The position numbers and the translations under genes are program-made. A stretch of DNA of 64,000 nt, taken from positions 1,664,001-1,728,000 of the forward strand of contig OZ224045.1 of assembly GCA_963665325.3 (NCBI GenBank), in the 5' to 3' direction. This document shows, piece by piece, positions 50,021-59,910 of this stretch. Under the pieces are notes generated by a model. That model was not told the origin of the DNA. It was given only the letters and a program-made list of their open reading frames with translations, and did no database searches. Numbering within the stretch: position 1 is the stretch's first letter; each line of letters starts with the position of its first letter. The stretch is from Alphaproteobacteria bacterium. Lineage in GTDB: Bacteria > Pseudomonadota > Alphaproteobacteria > Bin95.

Positions 50021-51241
50021 ATGCACCGAAAGAAGCTTCTGCAAATTTCGACGGTCCTGGCATTGGCGATGGGCTTGGGCGGTGCGGCACAGGCGGCCGA
50101 TCCGATCAAGATCGGCTATGTCGGCGGTATCTCTGGCCCATGCGGCGGGCTTACTCATTCGGCCGTCAAGGCGATGAAGATCGCGCTGGAGGAAATCAAC
50201 GCGGCCGGCGGCGCGGCAGGCCGCCAGATCGAGGTGGTCTGGCGCGATTCCAAGACCAAGCCGGACGAAGGCGCCAAGCAGACGCGCGACCTTATCCTTA
50301 CCGAAAAGGTCGATGTCCTGACCGGGGTCTGCTCAAGCTCGGTGTTCATGGCAATCAACCCGATATCGAAGCAATACGGCGTCCCGCTGGTAAGCGCGAT
50401 CAGCGGCACCCACAAGGCCACCGTCGATTTCGGCCATCCGTTCGTCTTCCAGACCCAGCCCCATACCCTCATGGAGGGCAAGGCGCTTGCGGAATATGCG
50501 GCGCGTCAGGACTGGAACAACATCGTCACCATGGGCCTCGATTACGAATGGGGGCGGACCACAGTCAAGGTTTTCACCGAGGAACTGGCGAAGCTCAAGC
50601 CCGAGGTGAAAATCTCGACGCAGCTCTGGCCGCGTTTCGGCGAAACCAACCTGACCTCCTACATCACCGCGGCATTGGCCGAAGAGCCCGACGCGATCAT
50701 GGGAGTCCTGTTCGGCAGCGGCACCAACAGCCTGATCAAGCAGGGCAGGTCTTACGGGCTGCTGGAACGGACCGAACTGCTGACCTTCCTCAGCACCGAA
50801 AGCTACATGGCTCTCGGCAAGGATATCCCGGACGGCGTGCATGGTTGGGCCCGCGGGCCGTTCTACGCGTTGGACAGCGACAGGGCGAAAGCCTTTATCG
50901 CGAAGTACCGCAAGGCACATGGCGGCGAGTATCCGAACGACTGGGGCATGCTTGCCTACGATGCGATGCACATCATCGCCGGCGGCATCGACGCGGCGGG
51001 CGGAGCCGAGCCGGAGAAATTCCGCCAGGCGCTCGGCTCGACGACGTTCGACACCATGCGCGGACCGCTGAAGATGCGGATGATCGACAACACCTTCAAC
51101 GCGCCGAGCTATCTGGGCGTGACGATGATGTCCGATGCCTATCCGTTTCCGACCATGTCGAACGTGACCGTGATTCCGGGCGACATCACCCTGCCGTCGG
51201 AAGATACGGTAAAGGCGCTGCGAGCGGCGGCGGCCAAGTAA
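50021..51241 (+). CDS. Liv-type ABC substrate-binding protein
   Basis: Signal peptide; EINAAGG..GRQIE; DYEWG. Confidence 0.9.
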   Translation: MHRKKLLQISTVLALAMGLGGAAQAADPIKIGYVGGISGPCGGLTHSAVKAMKIALEEINAAGGAAGRQIEVVWRDSKTKPDEGAKQTRDLILTEKVDVLTGVCSSSVFMAINPISKQYGVPLVSAISGTHKATVDFGHPFVFQTQPHTLMEGKALAEYAARQDWNNIVTMGLDYEWGRTTVKVFTEELAKLKPEVKISTQLWPRFGETNLTSYITAALAEEPDAIMGVLFGSGTNSLIKQGRSYGLLERTELLTFLSTESYMALGKDIPDGVHGWARGPFYALDSDRAKAFIAKYRKAHGGEYPNDWGMLAYDAMHIIAGGIDAAGGAEPEKFRQALGSTTFDTMRGPLKMRMIDNTFNAPSYLGVTMMSDAYPFPTMSNVTVIPGDITLPSEDTVKALRAAAAK

Positions 51242-51328
51242 CGGGCGGGCGGTCGCGGACCGCTCTTCAGGAGTCCTCCCCCGCAATTGCGGGGCGAGGG
51301 CGTCCCGCGCCGTCACGGAAATCGAGCG

Positions 51329-52192
51329 ATGCTACTCGTGCAAATCCTGCAGGGCGTCATGGAGGGGATATTCCTCTTCCTGATTGCATCCGGCCTGACC
51401 CTGATTTTCGGCGTATCGCGGATCGTCAATTTCGCCCACGGCTCGTTCTACATGGTCGGCGCCTTCCTGACCTACCAGATATATCCATGGATTGCCGAGG
51501 GCACGGCCCTCGGTTTTTTTGTGACTATCGTGATCTGCGGGTTGCTGGTGGCCGCGCTGGGCTTGCTGTTCGAGGTTTTTCTGCTGCGCCGCGTCTATCA
51601 CGCCGAGGAACTGATGCAGCTGGTGCTTACCCTGGCTGCGGTGTTGATAATCCGCGACGTCACCAAGTTCATTTGGGGTCTCGATGACGTATCGGTCTCG
51701 CTGCCGGACGCCCTGTCCGGGGCGGCGGTGATCGGCGGCACCTATCTGCCGACCTATCAACTGGTCATGGTGGGCGTGGGCATGGTGGTGCTGGCGGCGG
51801 TGTGGAGTTTCCTCAAATTCACCCATGCCGGGATCATTCTGCGGGCCGCGACCGACGACCGTGGCATGGTCGCGCTACTCGGCACCAACCAGGCCCATGT
51901 CTTTACCTCGGTTTTCGCCATCGGCTGTTTCCTGGCCGGGATCGCCGGCGGTTTCGCCGCCGCCTTCGAGAGCATCAACTATCTGCTCGACACGCGGGTC
52001 ATTGTGCTTGCTTTTATCGTGGTCGTGATCGGCGGGCTCGGTAACTTTTACGGCGCCCTCTATGCCGCGCTTGCGGTCGGTATCCTGAAGGCGCTCGGCC
52101 TCTTGTTCGCGCCGCGATTGTCGATGGTGATCATTTTCCTGCTTATGGCGGCGGTGCTGCTCATCCGGTCCCTGCGCAGAACGACGGAGTGA
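51329..52192 (+). CDS. Liv-type ABC permease (LivH-like)
   Basis: GLTLIFGVSRIVNFAHGSFYMVGA. Confidence 0.9.
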   Translation: MLLVQILQGVMEGIFLFLIASGLTLIFGVSRIVNFAHGSFYMVGAFLTYQIYPWIAEGTALGFFVTIVICGLLVAALGLLFEVFLLRRVYHAEELMQLVLTLAAVLIIRDVTKFIWGLDDVSVSLPDALSGAAVIGGTYLPTYQLVMVGVGMVVLAAVWSFLKFTHAGIILRAATDDRGMVALLGTNQAHVFTSVFAIGCFLAGIAGGFAAAFESINYLLDTRVIVLAFIVVVIGGLGNFYGALYAALAVGILKALGLLFAPRLSMVIIFLLMAAVLLIRSLRRTTE

Positions 52193-53181
52193 TCATGGCG
52201 CGAGACGAAGGGACCCCCACTGAATCCGGATCGGCGCTGCAAGGCCGGGACGCCTATTCGATCAACTGGCGCCTGGTCGCGGCCGTGGTCCTGTTGCAGG
52301 CCATCCTGCTGGTGGTTTCGCCGCCCCTGCTGGTCTTTGCGCTGATCGAGGTGATGATTTTCGCCCTCTACGCCAGCGCTCTCAACCTGCTGCTGAGTTT
52401 CAGCGGCATGGTGTCCTTCGGACATGCCGTGTATTTCGGCCTCGGCGCCTACGGTCTGGCTCTGTCCATCACTCATTTCGATTTCCCGATCGCGCTCGGC
52501 ATCGTCGCCGGACCGCTGGTCGCCGCATTCTTCGGTCTGATCTATGGAATCCTCTGCGTCCAGCTGACGGCAATCTATGCGGCGATGCTTACGCTGGCAT
52601 GCGCCGAGGTGACGTACGCGGTCGTCTTTCAATGGTTCGACGTGACCGGCGGCGATTCGGGCATCTCCGGCCATGTCCCGACCATGCTCGGGCTCGCGCC
52701 CTATCAGTTCGGCCTTGTGGTCCTGTGCGTGGTTACAGTGGCGATCCTGATGCTGTGGCGCGTCGTATATTCCCCGCTCGGCCTCACCATACGGGCCGTC
52801 GGCCAGAACCCGGCCCGCGCCGCCGCCCTCGGGCACGGGCGAAAATCGATACAGTTGATCGCCTTTGTCATCTCAGCATTTTTCTCCGGTGTTGCCGGCA
52901 CACTGTTCGGAATTTTCCACGGCAATGTCTTTCCGGACTATGTCGGTGTCCTGTTCACCGTCGACGGCCTGTTGATGGTGGTGCTCGGGGGCCTCTACAG
53001 CTTCGGCGCCGGCATTTACGGGGCCATCATCTACAAGCTTCTCGACAACCTTGCGGCCCATTACTTCCAGTACTGGCAGCTTGTTGTCGGGGTCATCATC
53101 GTTGTCGTCGTGCTCGTTTCCCCGAGCGGCATTGCCGGTCTGGTCCGGCGCATCGTCGACCGGTTCGAACGGCGGCCGTGA
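52189..53181 (+). CDS. Liv-type ABC permease (LivM-like)
   Basis: GMVSFGHAVYFGLGAY; TGGDSG; SPLGLTIRA. Confidence 0.9.
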   Translation: MIMARDEGTPTESGSALQGRDAYSINWRLVAAVVLLQAILLVVSPPLLVFALIEVMIFALYASALNLLLSFSGMVSFGHAVYFGLGAYGLALSITHFDFPIALGIVAGPLVAAFFGLIYGILCVQLTAIYAAMLTLACAEVTYAVVFQWFDVTGGDSGISGHVPTMLGLAPYQFGLVVLCVVTVAILMLWRVVYSPLGLTIRAVGQNPARAAALGHGRKSIQLIAFVISAFFSGVAGTLFGIFHGNVFPDYVGVLFTVDGLLMVVLGGLYSFGAGIYGAIIYKLLDNLAAHYFQYWQLVVGVIIVVVVLVSPSGIAGLVRRIVDRFERRP

Positions 53182-53942
53182 CCGTGAACGCTATATCGCA
53201 GCCGGCCCTCAAGGTGCGTGGCCTGCACAAGGAATTCGGCCGGTTCGTCGCCCTGGACAGTGTCGATCTCACTGTCGCCGATGGAGAGATCCGCGCCATT
53301 ATCGGTCCCAACGGCGCCGGCAAGACCACATTGATCAATGTACTCAGCGGCCAGATAGTCGCGGATCGCGGCAGTGTCGAAATCGCCGGCCGCAGGCTCA
53401 GCCGCCAGCATCCACACCAGGTGGCGAAACTCGGTGTGGGCCGCACTTACCAGATATCGAGCACCCTGCGGCGCATGACTGTTTTCGATAACATGCTCTG
53501 CGCGCACAATGCCGTGTCGGGCAACTGGTTCAGCCTGCGGGCCGGCCGATTGCGGGCGATGGAAGACGCGGTGCTTGCCGATCTGAAGACCATTGAGCTC
53601 GACGGACTCGCCAACCAGGTGGTTGACGATATTTCGCACGGCGACCGCAAGCGGCTGGAGTTCGGCATGGTGCTGGCAACCCGGCCGAAAGTGTTGCTGC
53701 TCGACGAACCGACCGCCGGGATGGGACTGCGCGAGCGCCATGAACTGATCGATCTGGTGCTGGCGGTCACGCGCGAACGGCGGCTGACGCTGGTGTTCGT
53801 CGAACACGATATCGACGTTGTCTTCAAGGCGGCGGAGTCGATCACGGTGATGGCGCTCGGAGGCGTCTTCGCAGAAGGGAAGCCGGACGAGATCGCCGCC
53901 AATTCGGCGGTTCAGGACATTTACCTCGGCGGGAACGCCTGA
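53178..53942 (+). CDS. Liv-type ABC ATP-binding protein (LivG-like)
   Basis: GPNGAGKT, ISHGDRKRLE, DEPTAG, VEHD. Confidence 0.9.
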   Translation: MTVNAISQPALKVRGLHKEFGRFVALDSVDLTVADGEIRAIIGPNGAGKTTLINVLSGQIVADRGSVEIAGRRLSRQHPHQVAKLGVGRTYQISSTLRRMTVFDNMLCAHNAVSGNWFSLRAGRLRAMEDAVLADLKTIELDGLANQVVDDISHGDRKRLEFGMVLATRPKVLLLDEPTAGMGLRERHELIDLVLAVTRERRLTLVFVEHDIDVVFKAAESITVMALGGVFAEGKPDEIAANSAVQDIYLGGNA

Positions 53943-54649
53943 TGTTGACCCTCGAAGGCGTGACCGCGGCTTACGGGCAGAGCCAGGCGCTCCACGGTAT
54001 CGACCTCGAGGTGAGCGAAGGCGAAGTCGTGTGCATGGTGGGCCGCAATGGCGCCGGCAAGACCAGCACGATGCGCTGCATCGTACATGACCTGATTCGG
54101 GTAATCGGCGGATCCGTTCGTTTCAAGGGCGACGATATCGCCGGCCTCCAACCGCATCTGATCGCCCGCAAGGGCATTGGCTATGTCCCGGAGGATCGCC
54201 GGGTCTTCGCCAGCCTGACGGTGGCAGAAAACCTGAAAGTGCCGCGTTCGCATACCGCAAACGGCGGTTACTGGAACATCGAGCGGGTGACGGAACTGTT
54301 TCCGCAACTCGGGGAATTCCACTCCCGGCTTGCCGGAAACCTCAGCGGCGGCCAGCAGCAGATGCTGAGCATCGCGCGCTCCCTGCTGACCAACCCGCAG
54401 CTGCTCCTCCTCGACGAACCGCATGAAGGCCTGGCGCCGATCGTTGCGCGAGATGTGATCGCGGCGGTCAATACGCTTAAGTCATTGGGCGTATCGATGC
54501 TGATATCGGAGCAGCAACTGCACCTGGTGCACGAAACCGCCGACCGTATCTACATTATCGACCGCGGCCGCATGGTGTTTACCGGCACCATGGAAGAGTT
54601 CGAGCGCGACCCCGAAATCGCCCGGCGCTATCTCATGGTGGTGCAGTAG
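53942..54649 (+). CDS. Liv-type ABC ATP-binding protein (LivF-like)
   Basis: GRNGAGKT, LSGGQQQML, LDEP.EGLAP. Confidence 0.9.
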   Translation: MLTLEGVTAAYGQSQALHGIDLEVSEGEVVCMVGRNGAGKTSTMRCIVHDLIRVIGGSVRFKGDDIAGLQPHLIARKGIGYVPEDRRVFASLTVAENLKVPRSHTANGGYWNIERVTELFPQLGEFHSRLAGNLSGGQQQMLSIARSLLTNPQLLLLDEPHEGLAPIVARDVIAAVNTLKSLGVSMLISEQQLHLVHETADRIYIIDRGRMVFTGTMEEFERDPEIARRYLMVVQ

Positions 54650-54717
54650 AGAGCGTCCCCGATCCGTTCGATGAACGACTTGCACCAACGGATGCGTCCA
54701 CGGATGCTCCAGAGGGT

Positions 54718-55392
54718 TCAATCCAGAGTGGTTCGGTCGACTTCAGCAGTGGAGTTGGAACGCGCGTCGGGCCCGAAAAATGCGTCGTGCCATATCCGGG
54801 TCACGATCCTCGCGGCGTCATCGACGGAGACCGGGTGCTCGTTCAGCTGTTCCTCCTGCGAGAACCAGACATAGGCGCATTGCTCCACCATTGCAGCCAT
54901 GGCTTCGGCAACGAGACGGGCCGGAACGCCGTCTATCGTTTCAACACCGAACTTCGCCTTGAGGGCGCCGGCAAACCGATCGACATGGCGGTCCCGCATC
55001 GCCCACCAGACGCTGCGAAATCGCTTGTCAACCGTGGACGCCTCGATCAGGGCGCGCATCACGTCCCGATTTTCGCTGTAAAGCGAAAGATAGCCGCGGT
55101 TGGCTTCGAGCAAGGCCCCCCTGGGGTCGGTCGCCAGTTGTTTGTTCGGCGCCCGGCTCGCTTCGAACAAGGCCTCGTGAATGCCCTCGATCAAGGCCCT
55201 GAACAGGTCCTCCTTGTTGCGGAAATACCGGTAGAGAGCGCCGAGCGATACCCCGGCCTCGTCGGCAACGTCGATCATCTTGAGGGTGACATACCCGTTG
55301 CGGGCCAGCACTTTTCGGCCACTGGCCAAGAGGCGGCTGCGTGTACGCCGGCCTTTGGGTGTCGTCGGGAATTGGATCGTCTGCTCAGCCAT
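54718..55392 (-). CDS. TetR/AcrR-family regulator
   Basis: GRRTRSRLL..GY..DVADEAGVSLGALYRYFRNKEDL HTH. Start uncertain. Confidence 0.9.
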   Translation of the reverse strand: MAEQTIQFPTTPKGRRTRSRLLASGRKVLARNGYVTLKMIDVADEAGVSLGALYRYFRNKEDLFRALIEGIHEALFEASRAPNKQLATDPRGALLEANRGYLSLYSENRDVMRALIEASTVDKRFRSVWWAMRDRHVDRFAGALKAKFGVETIDGVPARLVAEAMAAMVEQCAYVWFSQEEQLNEHPVSVDDAARIVTRIWHDAFFGPDARSNSTAEVDRTTLD

Positions 55393-55547
55393 TCCGTCGA
55401 TCTCCACCCGCTTCGGGCACCACCGAGTCACGCTCTCGATCGATCGCCGACCAACCTCCGGATGGTGCCGCGGCCGCTCCCGGGTGGTCCCTTGAAACCT
55501 GCTTTCGATCATGCCCAGACAGGTGGAAAAAGCAACACGGTCATTAA

Positions 55548-55567
55548 AAAAAGCGATATCGTTTCTT
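55548..55567. promoter_or_regulatory. Candidate TetR operator
   Basis: AAAAAGCGAT|ATCGTTTCTT, 20-bp palindrome with 2 mismatches, between the divergent tetR and CoA-ligase genes. Confidence 0.6.
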
Positions 55568-55655
55568 GAATTCGGGCCGAAGCGGCTTTACCTTGGACAC
55601 CGGCGGCGATGGCTCCGGATATGCGGTCGGACCGCGCTGACGACGGGAGCGGCAG

Positions 55656-57329
55656 ATGAGCGAGTTTCGTCCCGGAGATCCGGAAGGTTCGCAATCCTCG
55701 CGAGCAGCGTTTCCGGATACCGGCGACGCCAGGCGCGCCGAACGCGAACACCATTACCGTGCTATGGGGTGGTGGCCGGACGACTGCTTGCTCGACCGCT
55801 ATGCATCTACTGTTCAGCGCCTCGAAAGCCGCCTCGCTGTCACCGATGCGACCGGTCGGAAGCTTAGCCACGGCATGCTGTGGTGCGAGGCCGGGCGCCT
55901 CGCCGAGAAGCTGGAAGAGGGCGGCGTCGGTCGCGGCGACATCGTGATCCTTCTTCTGCCGAACGTCGTAGATACACAGATCGCGTTCGTCGCATTGCTG
56001 CGTCTCGGCGCCATACCCGCAAGTTTGCCGACCCGCACCGATACCGAGACCGTTGCCTACGCTGCCCGACTGACGGGGGCACGGGCGCTGGTTTCACTGG
56101 AGCGACACGGCACCGCGCAGCTGGGAGACATCGCCCGGGAAGCCGCTTCGACCTGCGGGCATGGCCTGGGCGTTTTCCTGTTCGACGAGTCCGGCGGGAC
56201 GTGGAGGATGGCGCCGACAGGTCAAAGAACGTCCCTGCCGGCAAGCGCGGCCGATCTCGCGCACATCATGTTCACGTCGAGCACGACCGGCCGGCCCAAA
56301 GCCGTCATGCACAGCGACAACACCCTCACGGCGCTAAATATCGGGTTCGCGGAGCGCTTCTCGCTCGGCCCGGACACGCCGATCTTTCTCGCCTCTCCCC
56401 TCGGACACAGCATAGGCGCCGTCCACGGTACCCGATTGTCGCTACACACCGGCGCGCCGCTCGTTCTGCAGGATATCTGGAATCCCGAGCGGGCGCTCGA
56501 AACGATCGAGGCGTTCGGTTGCGCCTTCACCGTTGCGGCGACGCCGTTTCTGAAGGATCTGGTCGACGCAAGCTGGCCGCGCCCGACGCCGAAGCTGGCG
56601 CCGCTGCGCTCATTTCTGTGCGGTGGCGCCCAGGTGCCCCCGTCACTGATGGAGGCCGCGCAGGCTGGGTTTCCCAACACGTTTGTTACGGTCCTCTGGG
56701 GCATGACCGAGGGTGGGCTCGTCACTTGCGTGCGCGAAAGCCCTCGCGAAAAACTTATGAACACCGCCGGTTTCGGCTTGCCGGGCCTCGAGCTGCGTTG
56801 CCTCTCCACCGCGGGTGACATTTTGCCCGCGGGTGAGGAGGGAGAGCTGGTCATGCGGGGACCGGGCGTCTTCACGGGCTATTTCGGCCAGCAGGACCTC
56901 TACGAATCCGAGATTGCGGACGACGGGTTCTTTCGCACCGGCGATCTCGCGCGGATCGACGCGGACGGATATGTGCACATCACCGGCAGGCTGAAGGACC
57001 TGATCATTCGCGGCGGCGTCAACATCTCGCCGGCGCCGATCGAGAATGCGCTCGCGGACCATCCGGGCGTAAACGCCGTGGCTGTTATCGGCCATCCCGA
57101 CGAGCGGTTGGGCGAACGCATCTGCGCCGTGGTGCTGCCCGACGGCGAGGCCCCGAGCCTCGAAGACCTCATCGCCCACGCGCAGGCACGGCGCTTGCCG
57201 AAACATCACTGCCCCGAGGTGCTGCGCATCGTCGACAGCATGCCGATGACGCCGGCAGGAAAGATCCGCAAGGCCGACCTCCGCGCTGTCGCGGCTGGCG
57301 ACGGCGCCGGATCGGGAGAACCAGCATGA
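55656..57329 (+). CDS. Acyl-CoA ligase (cyclohexanecarboxylate-CoA ligase-like)
   Basis: FTSSTTGRPK, ASPLGH, ATPFL, WGMTE, RTGD, TPAGKIRK. Confidence 0.9.
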   Translation: MSEFRPGDPEGSQSSRAAFPDTGDARRAEREHHYRAMGWWPDDCLLDRYASTVQRLESRLAVTDATGRKLSHGMLWCEAGRLAEKLEEGGVGRGDIVILLLPNVVDTQIAFVALLRLGAIPASLPTRTDTETVAYAARLTGARALVSLERHGTAQLGDIAREAASTCGHGLGVFLFDESGGTWRMAPTGQRTSLPASAADLAHIMFTSSTTGRPKAVMHSDNTLTALNIGFAERFSLGPDTPIFLASPLGHSIGAVHGTRLSLHTGAPLVLQDIWNPERALETIEAFGCAFTVAATPFLKDLVDASWPRPTPKLAPLRSFLCGGAQVPPSLMEAAQAGFPNTFVTVLWGMTEGGLVTCVRESPREKLMNTAGFGLPGLELRCLSTAGDILPAGEEGELVMRGPGVFTGYFGQQDLYESEIADDGFFRTGDLARIDADGYVHITGRLKDLIIRGGVNISPAPIENALADHPGVNAVAVIGHPDERLGERICAVVLPDGEAPSLEDLIAHAQARRLPKHHCPEVLRIVDSMPMTPAGKIRKADLRAVAAGDGAGSGEPA

Positions 57330-58117
57330 GGGTCCGGCTCGCCGATATAGACGTCGGCTACACGCGCATGGGCGAGGGGCCGCCGGCGGTCATGGTCCAC
57401 GGCCTTGCGGAGGACCGGAGCAGCTGGGCGGATGTCCAGCGCCGGCTGAGCGACTTCACGACCTACGCATACGACCTTCGCGGCCATGGCGAGACCGACC
57501 TGGGCGAGGCCGAGGGCACGCTGGAACAGCTGGGCGGAGACCTCATCGCCTTCCTCGAGGCACTGACGGGTCCCGCCGACTGCATCGGCTACTCGCTCGG
57601 GGGCACGGTGGTGCTCTGGGTGGCGGCCAGGCGGCCCGACCTGGTGACCAGGGCTACGGTCGCCGGTACCTCGACCGTTGTCGGACGGCGCGCTGCGGGG
57701 TTCTTCCATGACCGCATCGAGACGCTCCAGAGCGATTTCCCTACCTTTGCCGGCCTGCTCAAGGAGGATACGCGCCAACAGCTCGCCGTCGCCGGCGACC
57801 AACTTGAAGAAGTTGCAGCCCGACGCCTCAAGGCGGTCGGCACCGGGGGTGGCTACATAAACGCCGCCCGCGCGATGGCGAAACTCAACGAGGAGCCGCT
57901 CACCCAAATGCTGCTAGGCATAACCTGCCCGGTCCATGTGATCGGCGGCGAGGCCGACGCGTTCTGTCCGCGCAAGGCGGCGGACATCATGATGGCCGCT
58001 CTGCGCCGCGGCACCTATCGCGAGGTCGCGCGGGCCGGGCATCTGATGAGCGTCGACCGGCCCGACGCCTATGCACAGGCCATTCGCAACGCACTCGAGA
58101 GCAGCGCCCGATGGTGA
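57326..58117 (+). CDS. Alpha/beta hydrolase (enol-lactonase-like)
   Basis: HGL, DLRGHG, GYSLGG nucleophile elbow, GEAD, AGH. Confidence 0.88.
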   Translation: MRVRLADIDVGYTRMGEGPPAVMVHGLAEDRSSWADVQRRLSDFTTYAYDLRGHGETDLGEAEGTLEQLGGDLIAFLEALTGPADCIGYSLGGTVVLWVAARRPDLVTRATVAGTSTVVGRRAAGFFHDRIETLQSDFPTFAGLLKEDTRQQLAVAGDQLEEVAARRLKAVGTGGGYINAARAMAKLNEEPLTQMLLGITCPVHVIGGEADAFCPRKAADIMMAALRRGTYREVARAGHLMSVDRPDAYAQAIRNALESSARW

Positions 58118-59115
58118 AGCGGTTCGGAATTTCCAGGGGAGTCAGCCCGCGCGAGACGTTCGGCCGAGTCGGGGAGATTGCGAAGAAGGCCGAGGAACTC
58201 GGCTTCGAAGCGCTCTGGTTCATCGATCACCAGCTCGGCATGAAAGACGTCTATGCGGCGATGAACGTTTCGGCGATGGCGACCGGGTCGATCGGGATCG
58301 GTTGCGCGGTCACCAACCTCCGAACGCGTCATCCCACGGTCACCGCCAACGCCACGACAGCGCTCGACGAGCTCTCGGACGGGCGGGCTCTATTGGGCCT
58401 CGGCGCGGGTTGGGTCGCCGTCCATTCCATCGGAGAGAAGCCGAACAGGATCGCCGAACTTCGGGAGGGCATCGAGCTGTTTCGCAGGCTGTTCGCGGGC
58501 GACGAGGTCGATTTTTCCGGCGCCAGGGGGCGGCTCGCCATGGCGCGCCGGAAGATCCCGATCTATCTCGCCGTCTCGCAGCCCCGCATGCTCGAACTTG
58601 CGGGCGAAATTTGCGACGGCGCCATCCTGATGGGAGCGGCGGACCCGGACTTTTGCAACTGGCAGATCGAACATATCTACCGGGGTCTTCGAAAGGCCGG
58701 GCGCAGGCGTGAGGATATCGTCATCGATCTCGTCGTCACGATGAGCATCGACGAGGATACCGAACAAGCCATCGGCGACGTCCGCGCATGGGCGACCAGC
58801 CAGGCCGCGACCTTCGCGGCCTGGAAGGCGATGCCGCCGGGTTGGGAACGCTTTCGACCTGAATTCAAGGCCGCCGAGGATGCCTACCACTTCGAAGAGC
58901 ACCTGTCGCTGCGCGCCGCCCATAAGGAGATCGTAAGCGAGGAGTTCGTGCGCTCGGTAACGATTTCCGGCAATCGGGATCATTGCCTCGACCGGCTGCT
59001 CGAACTCTCGGCCGTCGACATCGACCGCATCAGCTTCGCCCTGCTCTCCAGAGGCCGTCTGCGCCGGCTGGAAGAACTCGGCAAGCATGTGATCCCCCGG
59101 CTCAAGGCGAATTAA
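58111..59115 (+). CDS. Luciferase-like (LLM) oxidoreductase, Mer-like
   Basis: AEELGFEALW.IDH, VTN..TRHP, LDELSDGRALLGLGAG, PIYLA..PRML.LAGE. Confidence 0.88.
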   Translation: MVKRFGISRGVSPRETFGRVGEIAKKAEELGFEALWFIDHQLGMKDVYAAMNVSAMATGSIGIGCAVTNLRTRHPTVTANATTALDELSDGRALLGLGAGWVAVHSIGEKPNRIAELREGIELFRRLFAGDEVDFSGARGRLAMARRKIPIYLAVSQPRMLELAGEICDGAILMGAADPDFCNWQIEHIYRGLRKAGRRREDIVIDLVVTMSIDEDTEQAIGDVRAWATSQAATFAAWKAMPPGWERFRPEFKAAEDAYHFEEHLSLRAAHKEIVSEEFVRSVTISGNRDHCLDRLLELSAVDIDRISFALLSRGRLRRLEELGKHVIPRLKAN

Positions 59116-59130
59116 GCGGAGGCGAACGAG

Positions 59131-59910
59131 GTGCCGGCGCGAAACGAACAGGACGGAGAGCGCCCGGTGGCGCTCGTCACCGCAGCGGCCGGCGCCGGTA
59201 TCGGCGCCGCAATTGCGCGCCGGCTCGCCGCCGACGGCTACGACGTGGTGATCACCGACGCCCATGAACGCCGTTGCGGCGAGTTCGCCAGGCAACTGGC
59301 CGAGGAACACGGCAGGGAGTTCCTGTCGATGCCGCTCGATGTGACCGATTTCGGCGCGGTGGATGCCGTCACCCGCGCCGTCGCGGACCAGCGCGGCCGG
59401 ATTGACGCCCTCGTCAACAATGCAGGGTGGAGCAGGATCGAGCCGGTTGCCGAGATGATGCCCGACACCTGGCTGCGCTGCCTGGATGTCGACCTGAACG
59501 GCACGTTTTACACCATGCGTTGCGTGCTCCCGCACATGATTGCGCGAGGTTCGGGGGCCATCGTCAACATCTCGTCGATTGCGGCCTGGGAAACGACGAC
59601 CGAGCATGGCGCCGCCTATTCCGCGGCCAAGGCGGGGGTCCTGGCCCTCACGCGGGTCGCCGCCGCCGAGAACGGCCGGCATGGAATCCGCGTGAATGCT
59701 GTGGCACCCGGGCTGATCTACAACGACTTCCTGCGCCGGATCTACCCCGACGAGTTCTTCGACGGCTACGGGGAAACCCGATCTCTGGTCGGCCGCATCG
59801 GACAACCCCGGGACATAGCCGATCTAGTTGCCTTCCTGATCGACGAGCGAGCGGGATACATCACGGGAGAGGTGTACGGGATCAGCGGAGGCGTGGCTCC
59901 GAATGCCTGA
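59131..59910 (+). CDS. SDR-family oxidoreductase
   Basis: TAAAGAGIG, NNAG, YSAAK, IRVNAVAPG. Confidence 0.9.
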   Translation: MPARNEQDGERPVALVTAAAGAGIGAAIARRLAADGYDVVITDAHERRCGEFARQLAEEHGREFLSMPLDVTDFGAVDAVTRAVADQRGRIDALVNNAGWSRIEPVAEMMPDTWLRCLDVDLNGTFYTMRCVLPHMIARGSGAIVNISSIAAWETTTEHGAAYSAAKAGVLALTRVAAAENGRHGIRVNAVAPGLIYNDFLRRIYPDEFFDGYGETRSLVGRIGQPRDIADLVAFLIDERAGYITGEVYGISGGVAPNA

